Numbered from the stretch's first letter, positions 53,666 through 62,752 are shown. The stretch is DNA of 64,000 bases from an uncultured Pseudobdellovibrionaceae bacterium (GCA_964583335.1 CAZOVG010000006.1:43675-107674), one strand, 5' to 3'. Notes: a model not told the origin generated them from the letters alone. Translations and numbers: made by a program.

Positions 53666-53708
53666 TTTGTTATTTGTCAGAAACATTTTAGAGCATTAAA
53701 GTAAGACC

Positions 53709-54254
53709 ATGGCGACATCAGACCCGACCGCACCGATTGAGACCAACCCGCCCACGGGGCAGGGCAACAGCATCTGGGACCGTTCGATCACGATCCCCGT
53801 TGAGGATTGCGTGAACGGTTTCCCCGAAGGGTATGGACCGGAGTCGGCGGATATTCCCGACACGACCTTCCGTTACGATCTGGTTGTTGTTTTCGATAGC
53901 GTTGAAAAGCTCAGGGAATATCAGGCGCGCCCGGCGATGGAGCGCCTTGAGATTGAGAACACCATGGCGCAGTTCATGCGCGAGGCGGGGAACACCCCTT
54001 TAAACTGGGAGGTTCTGGGCGACGACAACCCCAACAGGCTCAGCGAGCAGACGATCCAGCAGCTGAACGGTTACGTCGCGCCGGAGATGGCGCGGATTAT
54101 GAACGCTTCCTATCCCGGCATTGGGATCGCGCAGGCGGGCGTCTGGCCGGAAGTCGAGGAAGAGCCCGGGTGCGCCTATCCGAAGGATAAGGTTGAGATG
54201 GACTCGCCTCTCGGTACCACGGCTACGGCTTCCTATTCGGCTTTTAAGCCCTGA
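53709..54254 (+). CDS. Hypothetical acidic protein (181 aa)
   Basis: Follows the HExxH protein gene after a 43-nt gap. I recognise no motif. Confidence 0.5.
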   Translation: MATSDPTAPIETNPPTGQGNSIWDRSITIPVEDCVNGFPEGYGPESADIPDTTFRYDLVVVFDSVEKLREYQARPAMERLEIENTMAQFMREAGNTPLNWEVLGDDNPNRLSEQTIQQLNGYVAPEMARIMNASYPGIGIAQAGVWPEVEEEPGCAYPKDKVEMDSPLGTTATASYSAFKP

Positions 54255-54262
54255 TTATTCTC

Positions 54263-54535
54263 TTAATGACAGACCATTTCGCTGCCGTGGAAATGGCAGA
54301 AGCTGCCCGCCGCGCCTTCGGTTGCCGCTTCGCCCAAGGCATGTGCGCCGGCCTCGGATGCGAAATCCAACCCTAAACCAGTCCACATTGACTCGAAGAA
54401 GCCGCTCAGCATGGGGCCGAGCGGGGTGGAGTGGAGAATGCCGAATTCGATGGGAATAATCAAAAGCGCGTGCAGCCAGAAATCATCCCAGTTGAAGCTG
54501 GATGTCGTGTTGAAATCACTTGTGACGTCGGCCAT
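54263..54535 (-). CDS. Small membrane protein with C-terminal Cys/His cluster (CHFHGSEMVCH)
   Basis: 90 aa with a hydrophobic helix (FWLHALLIIPIEFGIL). It is divergent from the ABC operon across a Zur-box-like palindrome. Confidence 0.5.
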   Translation of the reverse strand: MADVTSDFNTTSSFNWDDFWLHALLIIPIEFGILHSTPLGPMLSGFFESMWTGLGLDFASEAGAHALGEAATEGAAGSFCHFHGSEMVCH

Positions 54536-54572
54536 GCCTTTATACTCCTATGAATTTTTGGCACCTCATAAG

Positions 54573-54592
54573 TGTTATGTTATAACGTTATG
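54573..54592. promoter_or_regulatory. Zur-box-like palindrome TGTTATGTTATAACGTTATG
   Basis: The core ATGTTATAACGT (54577..54588) is 10/12 self-complementary and AT-rich. It lies in the divergent promoter region of a cluster that ends with a Fur-family gene. Confidence 0.55.
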
Positions 54593-54659
54593 TTTGCGGT
54601 TGTGTCAAAGGGATTTTTGAAGTATTTCTGAAGAGGTCGCTGCATAGGCAAAACGTGAT

Positions 54660-55310
54660 ATGTCAGAACTATTGTTAAAAGCGCAAAACCTTAAGCTTGA
54701 CCGGAATGGGCGAGATTTGTTTTCCGGTCTCGGAGAAGTGTGCATCTTTTCCGGGAAAAACCTTCTGGTTCTTGGCCCTAGTGGCTGTGGGAAGACCTCG
54801 CTTTTGCATATACTTACCGGATTACTGCCTTTTGATGGCGGGATCGTTGAGTTTCTTGGCAAAAATTATTCCCATATCCCCCCCTCTGCGCTGAACCGCC
54901 TGCGCGGCCAGCGGTATGGCGTTATCCATCAAAAGCTTCATTTAATCAGCCACCTCAGCGTTTACCAGAATATCTCACTGGCCTTTAGCGGGGCACGCAA
55001 GCCTGTCAATAAGTCGATGATCCTGAATGTTCTTGATGAGCTTGGGCTTAGCGACAAGGCTTTTCACTGCGCCCGCACGTTGAGCCATGGAGAAGCGCAG
55101 AGGGTTGCAATCGCCCGCGCTGTGGTTCACAAGCCGGATATTATATTTGCAGATGAGCCAACATCATCGTTAGACGACCGCCATACTGATGCAGTTTGCG
55201 GGCTTCTTATGTCGTTATCGGAGCGGGGGGGAGCCAGTCTGGTTATTTCCACGCACGACCAACGCGTACGTGATGTCTTCAAAGGGCAAGTTCTGGAGAT
55301 GCAGACATGA
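54660..55310 (+). CDS. ABC transporter ATP-binding protein (MacB/LolD-like)
   Basis: Walker A GPSGCGKTS, signature LSHGEAQRV and Walker B IIFADEPTSSLD are present. Confidence 0.9.
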   Translation: MSELLLKAQNLKLDRNGRDLFSGLGEVCIFSGKNLLVLGPSGCGKTSLLHILTGLLPFDGGIVEFLGKNYSHIPPSALNRLRGQRYGVIHQKLHLISHLSVYQNISLAFSGARKPVNKSMILNVLDELGLSDKAFHCARTLSHGEAQRVAIARAVVHKPDIIFADEPTSSLDDRHTDAVCGLLMSLSERGGASLVISTHDQRVRDVFKGQVLEMQT

Positions 55311-56572
55311 GTGATCTTGCGCTTATTCTCTCCTCTCTGCGAAGCCGCTGGCTGGGTAATTTTCTTTCGGTTGCCTTGACCGGCTTTGGCTTCATGCTTG
55401 CGCTTATGATTTTGCTGTTTGGACACCATATCCATAAGCGGCTTAGCGCTGACGGGCAGGGCATTGATGTTGTCATCGGCGCGAAGGGCAGCCCTTTGCA
55501 ACTCATCCTGTCCTCTGTCTATCATCTGGATATCCCTACGGGCAACATTCCCTATGAACAAGCGAAGCTCTGGATGAATCATTCGCAGGTCAAGCGCGCC
55601 ATACCCTTAGCGCTGGGCGATCAATGGAAAGGTAAGAGAATTGCCGGTACGACGCACGACTATCTTGACCTTTATAGTTCCCGTATTCGTGAAGGCCGAG
55701 TTTGGAACCAGGATTTTGAGGTGGTTGCCGGGGCTGCAACGGGGCTTGCTGTAGGGGATGAATTCGCTGGCTCGCATGGATTTGCGCCGGACGGCCATTC
55801 TCATGATGCTCATCCTTACCGGGTTGTTGGTGTACTCGCTCCAAACGGTACAGTTATTGATCGGCTTATACTCACCTCCGTCAACAGTGTGATGGCGCTT
55901 CATGGCCAAAGTGTTGTTGAGGACGATCGCGAAGATCATGAGCATCACGAGCATCATGAGCATCATGAACATGAAGGTGAGCATGAGCATGAAGATGAGC
56001 ACGGACACTCGGGAGAAAATGAGCATTCTGCGGAAATCACCGCTTTGCTGATCCAAACCAAAGGGCCTTTGGCCCAGATGAACTTGCCGCGCATGATCAA
56101 CAAAGACAGCGCCCTCCAAGCCGCTAACCCGGCGTACGAGATCGCTCGGCTCACGGGAATTCTGGGTGTAGGCTCACAAATTTTCGGAGGTCTTTCGTGG
56201 TTAATGATCGGGCTTGCCGTACTGAGTGTTTTCGCCGGTCTGGCGGGCAATCTGGCTAATCGCTCAGGAGATATGGCCATCCTCAGAACTCTTGGTTATG
56301 GGCGCTTCCGTCTTGCTTTTATGCTGGCTTGCGAGGGCGCGCTGATCGCTCTTGCAGGGCTAGCAGTCGGAACGGCGATTGCCCGGGCGGGCTATGCTTG
56401 GGCTTTGTCGGTATCTCCCGTGCTCAAAGAAAGCGGCTTTGCCTTCGACCTCTCAGCCCCCGGAGTTTTGTCTGTTGCTTGTTTTATTTTCATGGCGGGG
56501 CTTTGTTCTGCTATTATTCCTGCTTGGAAAGCAGCGGGGGCAGATGTCTCAAAACAACTTTCAAGGTTTTAA
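55307..56572 (+). CDS. FtsX/MacB-like ABC permease with His/Glu-rich extracytoplasmic insert
   Basis: 421 aa with TM segments at both ends. The insert is EDHEHHEHHEHHEHEGEHEHEDEHGHSGENEHS. Confidence 0.8.
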   Translation: MSDLALILSSLRSRWLGNFLSVALTGFGFMLALMILLFGHHIHKRLSADGQGIDVVIGAKGSPLQLILSSVYHLDIPTGNIPYEQAKLWMNHSQVKRAIPLALGDQWKGKRIAGTTHDYLDLYSSRIREGRVWNQDFEVVAGAATGLAVGDEFAGSHGFAPDGHSHDAHPYRVVGVLAPNGTVIDRLILTSVNSVMALHGQSVVEDDREDHEHHEHHEHHEHEGEHEHEDEHGHSGENEHSAEITALLIQTKGPLAQMNLPRMINKDSALQAANPAYEIARLTGILGVGSQIFGGLSWLMIGLAVLSVFAGLAGNLANRSGDMAILRTLGYGRFRLAFMLACEGALIALAGLAVGTAIARAGYAWALSVSPVLKESGFAFDLSAPGVLSVACFIFMAGLCSAIIPAWKAAGADVSKQLSRF

Positions 56573-57131
56573 AACTTCACGGCCCGGTATGCGTGCTTGT
56601 CTTGGTGCGCTTCTTTTTTGCGCGTGTGCACTTTTTTGTTCATCGTCGGTTGCCCTTGAGGAATGGGACAACGTTCCCGTTGATGCCGAGGTTTCCCTTG
56701 AAACCATGATCGAGTCCATTCCGAAATTCGTAACAACTCCGGAAGGCGGTGTGGCTTGGGAGGTGTTGGCGAAGACGGAAAGCAAGGAAGTGATTACCGG
56801 ACAGTTCGAAGACAACGATGTCATCTCCTTGCGGCCGGTCTTTTCTGACGAGGTCAAGAAACTCGATGGGCAGACCGTCTTAATGCAAGGGTATATGTTC
56901 CCCCTTGAGCAGGCAGAAAAGCAGGGGCGATTTTTATTTGGGCCTTTTCCTGCAAGTTGCCCTTATCACTATCATGTTGGCCCAAATATGGTTATCGAAA
57001 TACAGGCAAAGGATCCGATCGTGTTTTCCTTTGACCCGATGACGCTCAGCGGGCGTCTGGAATTGGTTCCCGCTGACGATGAGTTTAATGTTTTTTACCG
57101 TATGAAGGATGCTGTGGTTCATAAGCCGTAG
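56544..57131 (+). CDS. DUF3299-family periplasmic protein
   Basis: It has a signal peptide. GQTVLMQGYMFPLE...FLFGPFPASCPYHYHVGPNMVIEI is typical of DUF3299. Start is at 56544 or 56589. Confidence 0.7.
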   Translation: MSQNNFQGFKTSRPGMRACLGALLFCACALFCSSSVALEEWDNVPVDAEVSLETMIESIPKFVTTPEGGVAWEVLAKTESKEVITGQFEDNDVISLRPVFSDEVKKLDGQTVLMQGYMFPLEQAEKQGRFLFGPFPASCPYHYHVGPNMVIEIQAKDPIVFSFDPMTLSGRLELVPADDEFNVFYRMKDAVVHKP

Positions 57132-57146
57132 GCAGAACGTGGCGCG

Positions 57147-57593
57147 ATGAAAAAAGGCGAAATACTTAAGCTTGTTAAAGCTGTTGAGGCATACTGCGCT
57201 GAGCGGGGTTTACGCTTTACTGAGCCGCGCCGTCTTGTGCTTGAGATTATTGCGGGCAGCAAGACGCCCATAGGCGCGTATGACGTGCTTGCCGAGCTGG
57301 GCAAGGCGCTTGATCAGCCTAAGCCGCCGACCGCTTACCGCGCCATAGAATTTCTTCAGGAAAACGGCTTTATTCATCGGATTGAAAGCCTCAATGCCTA
57401 TGTCGTCTGCCATGCCGGGCATAAGCATCAGGGCTCTCAGTTTCTGGTTTGCGATAGTTGCGGGCAGGTCACTGAGGCTCATTTATGCTCGCTGCCCAAG
57501 GATCTTGAGCGCAAGACTCAAGAGGCCGGGTTTGCGCTGTCCTCTTGGAGTGCGGAGCTCCACGGGCAATGCCGTCAGTGCTCAGGAGTATAA
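57147..57593 (+). CDS. zur: Fur-family transcriptional regulator, probably Zur
   Basis: Winged helix (FTEPRRLVLEII) plus CDSCG and CRQC metal sites. The genomic context is metal-uptake genes. Confidence 0.7.
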   Translation: MKKGEILKLVKAVEAYCAERGLRFTEPRRLVLEIIAGSKTPIGAYDVLAELGKALDQPKPPTAYRAIEFLQENGFIHRIESLNAYVVCHAGHKHQGSQFLVCDSCGQVTEAHLCSLPKDLERKTQEAGFALSSWSAELHGQCRQCSGV

Positions 57594-57764
57594 TAATTTA
57601 AGGTCCGCCTGCTTGCCAGATGGCCAGGGACCCTCTATTTTCAGGGGGAATATTCACGAAAAATAAGGGACTTAGACCCCTTTTTTCATAATATTTCTTG
57701 CGATTTGTTTCTAACTTTGATTATTCTGCGTCTGGATTTGACCTATTTTCAAGGAGACACCCTT

Positions 57765-58040
57765 ATGTATAAAACGACCTTACTCGCCGGATTCAGCGCT
57801 TTGGCGCTTGTTTTCACGTTTTCCCCCGCTCATGCGGAAGAAGGCGGAACCTCTGTTTCCTATGCCAAGAAGAAGCAGGGTGGCGTTCACTTTGTGAACA
57901 AAGACGAGATTCAAGATGAGGCCGCAAATGCTGCCGATCCTGCCAACCCGCAGGATGTGGAGCCGGCTGCGGGTACTGAAGAGGAGCCTGAAGCCGAAGA
58001 AAACAGAGCGGCCGATATGATCAAACTGCCGCGCAAGTAA
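57765..58040 (+). CDS. Small secreted acidic protein (91 aa)
   Basis: ATG at 57765 with AAGGAG upstream. The signal peptide ends in AHA-EE. Confidence 0.5.
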   Translation: MYKTTLLAGFSALALVFTFSPAHAEEGGTSVSYAKKKQGGVHFVNKDEIQDEAANAADPANPQDVEPAAGTEEEPEAEENRAADMIKLPRK

Positions 58041-58050
58041 CGCGTAGGCT

Positions 58051-59490
58051 TTATGATTCAGATTCTACGGCTTCAGACAGCTTACGGTAAAATGTCGATT
58101 TGGCCATGTTCAGGGCCTTTGCCGATGCCGTAACGTTCTGGCCGTGGTAGTCGAGAACCTTTAAAAGCGCCTCCCGCTCTATGTCGGAGGCGCTTTTTAT
58201 TTTGCCTTCCGCATCAAACAGCCCGATAAACATTCCCTCCCAATCGGACTTCGCCGATCGATCCGAAGGTTGGGTGTTTTCATCCCTTTCTTGGACTTTT
58301 TCCGCAGCGCTTTGATTTAAAATGAGATCTCCGGCCTCAAGACTTGGCCCGTCGGAAAGAACAAGCGCCCGGTTCATCATATTTTCGAGCTGCCGGACGT
58401 TGCCGGGCCAATCATGCTCTTTAAGGATTTTTATGGCGCCCTCTGAAAGCGGTTTTGGGGGCCATGCCTGTCTGGCACAGAAGCGAGCTATGAAATGCTC
58501 GGCAAGTCTCGGGATGTCCTCTTTTCTTTCCCGCAGGGGCGGCATCTCGATCTGGAGCACGTTAAGGCGGAAAAAGAGGTCTTCGCGGAAACGCCCCTCT
58601 GCCACCTCCCGGGTTAGGTTGCGGTTTGTCGCTGAGATGATCCGCACGTTTACGGCTACCGGGCGTGCTGCGCCGACAGGTTCGACCTCTTTTTGTTGTA
58701 TTGCCCGAAGAAGTTTGACCTGCGTTTCCAGAGGCAATTCGCCTACCTCGTCGAGGAAGATGGTTCCGCCCTCGGCTTCCCTGAATTTTCCAGAAGTCTT
58801 TTCAATTGCGCCCGTGAACGCGCCTTTTTCATGTCCGAAGAGAACACTTTCAACCAGTTGGGCAGGTATGGCGCCGCAGTTAACAGCCACAAAACTTGAT
58901 CCTGCCCGTTTGCTCTCGCCATGGATGGCGCGAGCCATGACTTCTTTGCCTGTTCCGGTTTCCCCTGTGATTAGCACGGGTATGTCTGCTGCGCTTGCTT
59001 TTCTTGCAACGCCAAGGGTTTGCATCAGTCCCGCTTCATGGCCAATCAGGCTCTCGAAGGTTACCGTGCCTTCGCGGCTCTGGTTTAGTCTACGAACTTC
59101 CCGCGCCAGCGACGACATATTCAGAGCGTTCCGGACCGTTACGGCCAGCCGTTCGCCTTCATAAGGTTTGTTGATGAAGTCCGTAGCGCCCAGCTTTATC
59201 GCCTGAACGGCCTGCGCCATATCCTGATTACCGGTTAACATGATCACGGGCATGTCCGGGTACCTCTGGCGGATGATTTCTAACGTTTCCATACCCCCCA
59301 TGACGGGCATGTTTATATCTAGGACGACCAGGGGTGTTCGTTGGGCTGCGTTCTCTTGCGAGAGGTATTCCAGAGCCTCTTTCCCGTTTTGCCTAATCAC
59401 AGCTTCGTAGCCGGTTTTTCGATGCAAAAGCGTCGTCAGCATCAGGCTGTGATTCTTATCGTCATCGACTATCAGGATTTTTTGGTTCAT
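58051..59490 (-). CDS. Sigma-54-dependent response regulator (NtrC family)
   Basis: Receiver domain ILIVDDD, AAA+ motifs GETGTGKEV and GAFTGA, and a C-terminal Fis-type HTH are present. An alternative ATG is at 59502. Confidence 0.9.
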   Translation of the reverse strand: MNQKILIVDDDKNHSLMLTTLLHRKTGYEAVIRQNGKEALEYLSQENAAQRTPLVVLDINMPVMGGMETLEIIRQRYPDMPVIMLTGNQDMAQAVQAIKLGATDFINKPYEGERLAVTVRNALNMSSLAREVRRLNQSREGTVTFESLIGHEAGLMQTLGVARKASAADIPVLITGETGTGKEVMARAIHGESKRAGSSFVAVNCGAIPAQLVESVLFGHEKGAFTGAIEKTSGKFREAEGGTIFLDEVGELPLETQVKLLRAIQQKEVEPVGAARPVAVNVRIISATNRNLTREVAEGRFREDLFFRLNVLQIEMPPLRERKEDIPRLAEHFIARFCARQAWPPKPLSEGAIKILKEHDWPGNVRQLENMMNRALVLSDGPSLEAGDLILNQSAAEKVQERDENTQPSDRSAKSDWEGMFIGLFDAEGKIKSASDIEREALLKVLDYHGQNVTASAKALNMAKSTFYRKLSEAVESES

Positions 59491-59650
59491 TCGCACTTCC
59501 ATCTTTTCTTATATTAATTTAGGCCTGAGAGGTGAATAAACCGTTTCAAAATGAGACTTTTAATCTGACTTTCTCATAATCGAACGTTTTATTTTGGGAC
59601 AGGAGAACTTAGAAACCAATTAAGCTATTGATTTTAAATAACCAACAATC

Positions 59651-59665
59651 TGGCACGACACTTGC
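59651..59665 (+). promoter_or_regulatory. Sigma-54 promoter TGGCAC-N5-TTGC
   Basis: tggcacgacacttgc is an exact match to the -24 GG and -12 GC elements with correct spacing. It lies 41 nt upstream of the ATG at 59706. Confidence 0.75.
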
Positions 59666-59705
59666 TTTACATAACATCAAAAGATGTGTGAATGCAGGTG
59701 CGACT

Positions 59706-60146
59706 ATGGACATAATTACTCAGAATGCTGAAGAGCTATTATACGAGGATTTAAGCGCGGCTTCCGGGTTCATGCCTGACCTGCGTTGCATCCATTTCAA
59801 GCGGGCACCGCAGGACCGCTCCAGCACCAACGCGCAGAATGCTATGGCCGACGGCGCATCTTCTGCGTTCATAAACGAATTGAAGGGCTATCTTGGGCAG
59901 ATTGATGCCCGCATTTTTCTTTGTCATGACGGCGACGTTTTTGTCGTAGCGCCTGATCTGACTCAGCACAATTTGAACGGTTTTTTGCACCACCTTGAAG
60001 CGAAACTTGGGCCGGCCTCATTTATGGGGCTGGCCTATCTTTTCGAGGTCGGAGTCGATTGGTCCAAGCTTCGGGTGCTCTGCGAGCGAAAATTCCAGTC
60101 ATTAAGGCGGGCAGGGGCGATTGAGGTTAATTATCTTACCGCCTGA
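59706..60146 (+). CDS. Hypothetical protein (146 aa), predicted sigma-54-dependent
   Basis: First ATG after the sigma-54 promoter. The ORF track begins further upstream, within the promoter. Confidence 0.5.
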   Translation: MDIITQNAEELLYEDLSAASGFMPDLRCIHFKRAPQDRSSTNAQNAMADGASSAFINELKGYLGQIDARIFLCHDGDVFVVAPDLTQHNLNGFLHHLEAKLGPASFMGLAYLFEVGVDWSKLRVLCERKFQSLRRAGAIEVNYLTA

Positions 60147-60159
60147 TGATGCACATAAC

Positions 60160-62442
60160 CTACTCGCCTTTTTCCTTGAGAACCGTATCAATAAGATCTT
60201 GATTTTCTTTGTTTGCATCCTTGGCTCTTCTTAGAAGGTGCGCGGCTTTGCCGTATGACAAAATCTGATTATCGTCTGTGATTAATTCGCCCAAGGCGCT
60301 GTAATCTATCATTTTGGTTCGGTCCAGCACGACCGCCTTGCGGATCGCTTCTTCCGTCAGATCGCGTTTTATGTCTGTACGGGCGAAGCCGGGCCATAAT
60401 TTTCCTAAATCCCCGTTGTCATTGGCTGAACCGATCAGAATTCCCGTGCCTGAAGTCGGGTCATTCCAAAGAACAGAGTTTGGAAAGACTGTATGAAACG
60501 TCTTTGTGATTGAGGCGCTATAATAGGCGGGAACGAGATGATACGGCAACCATTGCGCGATCACGCCGTCCTTGGTTAGCTTGCTTCGAGCCAGTTGGTA
60601 GAATTCGAGAGAGTACAAAGCGTTAACGCCTGCAAAAGTCGGGGGCATGGGCTCAAGTGTGATGACGTCGTATTTTTCGGGCGTTCTGCGCATGTAAGCG
60701 CGTCCGTCCATGATTACACTGTTGACTCTTGGATCTTCAAGAACCTTTTCGTTAGCCGTGAAATGATCGGCCAGCTTGAAGACATTCGGGTTGATATCGA
60801 CAATTCTCAGCGATTGTGGGTTCTCTTTGCGTACGGCGTTTGCGGTCTGGCCCGTGCCGAAACAAATCACGAGGGCGGCTTGAGGATTGGGGTGAAGCAG
60901 CATTGGCAAATGCCCCATCCACGCCATGTACTGGCCTGTAAAAGGCATGTCGCTGTTTAGTACAGAGCCGGACTGCTCGGTCGTCGAAAACCCGTCAATA
61001 AACAAAATCCGGCGTCCGCCTTTGTATTCGACGGCTGAAATTGTTGAGTCCGGTCCTTCGTAAAACTCTAAAATTTTCGTCGGCACTCGGGTTTTGAAGT
61101 CAGAGGCCCCTTGGATTCTGACTCTACCGAGGCCGGATTCGAAAAAGACCGCGATGACAAGCGCTATCGCCGTTAGTGCTGAAAGACGTGTGCGCGTTTG
61201 CTTTTGCGCCGCTAAAATCCCGGTTGCGCCGACCAGAAGTCCGGCTAGCCAAGCGGTGCGGGCCAACCCGATGGTCGGGAGTAAAAGCCATCCGGAAAGG
61301 AGCGCTCCTAAAATGGCTGCGAAGGCGTTCACTCCATAAAGCACACCCCATTTCCAAGGCCGATTCTGGGTATCCAAAATCCACGGAAGGGCTAAGCCGA
61401 GAAGAAAGATCGGTATCCCAATGACATAGAGCGTCAGGAAAAACCATTGAACGAAGATAATCATTTCATAATGAGCAACAAGCTTAACGAATATGTCGAA
61501 GCGCTCAATTATTGGCGTTGCCAATAAAATTGTGATGCCTGACCACGCCAATAAGACTCCGAGCGAGGCATTTTTTTGTGTTCGCAGGTAGGGAACCAAT
61601 CTTGCGCCAAGACCTAAGGAGATCAGCACACATGAAAGCATGATCGCAAAAGCGTCCGTAGTGCTCATGAATGCTGCGGTCAGAGCTCGGAACCAAGCGA
61701 CTTCGAGCATGAAGGTGGCGCAGCCCGTTGCAAAAACGATGAGAAGCGCCATAAAAAATTTGAATGGAGGCTCGGCTGTCTTTGAGTCTGCGGATAATCT
61801 GTCTGCAAGAAAAACTTCACGTCCCAGCGTTATGGCCGTTATACCAACAAGCAGATTTATTGACGAGTTCAGCCAAATTGTATTTTGAACCCCTAACATC
61901 GGAATAAACAGAAAGGCCGATAGTAATGCGCCTAAGGCTGCGCCCAGCGTATTGAGACCGTATAGTGTCGCTATGGGCACCTGCGATTGTCTGGCCATCA
62001 GTCCGATCACGGGAACCGTTGCCCCTAGGAAAATGGCCTGTATTCCGAACGATGAAGCGATTCCCAAAAGATAAACTGTCCCAGCCAGCTCGGGGCTGGC
62101 TTGATAGAATTCGGTATCCACTCTCTCTACGATTTGAAAGGCGCTGTTTAAGAATAAGCCGGATATTCCGATTATGCATTCCATAACCCCGTACAACCGC
62201 AACGGTCTGGTGTTATTGACACGTTCAAGGATGCGGCCTGTAATCAAGGCGCCGACGCACATGCCGCCCATGGTCACGGCCAGCGTTACGGCCGTTCCCC
62301 ATGCCGAGACTCCCAAGGCCAAAGAGGCTTTGAGCTGCCACAACACCTGCCATGACAGGGCCGCCAAGCCAGACAGCGCGACCAGCAAGGTGATGATTTT
62401 AGCGTTTTTTTCAACGCTGCCGGACGTTACAGATGCGATCAT
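60160..62442 (-). CDS. Fused polytopic membrane domain + spermidine synthase-like methyltransferase-fold protein
   Basis: 760 aa. The N-terminal ~450 aa are highly hydrophobic with many TM helices. The C-terminal part carries ALVICFGTGQTA and DVITLEP motifs. Confidence 0.75.
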   Translation of the reverse strand: MIASVTSGSVEKNAKIITLLVALSGLAALSWQVLWQLKASLALGVSAWGTAVTLAVTMGGMCVGALITGRILERVNNTRPLRLYGVMECIIGISGLFLNSAFQIVERVDTEFYQASPELAGTVYLLGIASSFGIQAIFLGATVPVIGLMARQSQVPIATLYGLNTLGAALGALLSAFLFIPMLGVQNTIWLNSSINLLVGITAITLGREVFLADRLSADSKTAEPPFKFFMALLIVFATGCATFMLEVAWFRALTAAFMSTTDAFAIMLSCVLISLGLGARLVPYLRTQKNASLGVLLAWSGITILLATPIIERFDIFVKLVAHYEMIIFVQWFFLTLYVIGIPIFLLGLALPWILDTQNRPWKWGVLYGVNAFAAILGALLSGWLLLPTIGLARTAWLAGLLVGATGILAAQKQTRTRLSALTAIALVIAVFFESGLGRVRIQGASDFKTRVPTKILEFYEGPDSTISAVEYKGGRRILFIDGFSTTEQSGSVLNSDMPFTGQYMAWMGHLPMLLHPNPQAALVICFGTGQTANAVRKENPQSLRIVDINPNVFKLADHFTANEKVLEDPRVNSVIMDGRAYMRRTPEKYDVITLEPMPPTFAGVNALYSLEFYQLARSKLTKDGVIAQWLPYHLVPAYYSASITKTFHTVFPNSVLWNDPTSGTGILIGSANDNGDLGKLWPGFARTDIKRDLTEEAIRKAVVLDRTKMIDYSALGELITDDNQILSYGKAAHLLRRAKDANKENQDLIDTVLKEKGE

Positions 62443-62570
62443 GGCACTTTACAATCTATCCTGTTCATTTTTTGACCTTATTTCGGCCTAACATATAACA
62501 CGTTCGCCTTTTCGGGGAAAAAGATTTAAAGGGGACTAAACTCAATGAATTTTCAAAAAAGCTTGCATCT

Positions 62571-62647
62571 TGGCGTCCCCGGCGGGATTTGAACCCACGA
62601 CCTCAGGATTAGGAATCCTGCGCTCTATCCTGCTGAGCTACGGGGAC
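62571..62647 (-). tRNA. tRNA-Arg (anticodon CCU), CCA encoded
   Basis: 77 nt. Acceptor stem is GTCCCCG/CGGGGAC, the anticodon loop is TTCCTAA, and the T-arm is GTGGGTTCAAATCCCGC. Confidence 0.95.
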
Positions 62648-62752
62648 AGGCCTGTTCTGTTTTAACAGGATAATCCTTTCAGGAAAACAGCTTAATCCCC
62701 TCAGATAAAAAGCTTCTTTGCAAGTTTGGGGCGTTTATGGTTATGTACGGCC

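Noticed and set aside
52445-53686. 413-aa minus-strand ORF opposite the HExxH protein gene
   Set aside because: It is a shadow frame. The + strand translation has natural composition and the HExxH motif, whereas the antisense product is Arg/Leu/Gly/Pro-rich without features.
55921-56030. cat/gag microsatellite-like DNA repeat as a non-coding repeat element
   Set aside because: It lies in frame inside the permease ORF and encodes a His/Glu tract, so it is treated as coding low complexity.
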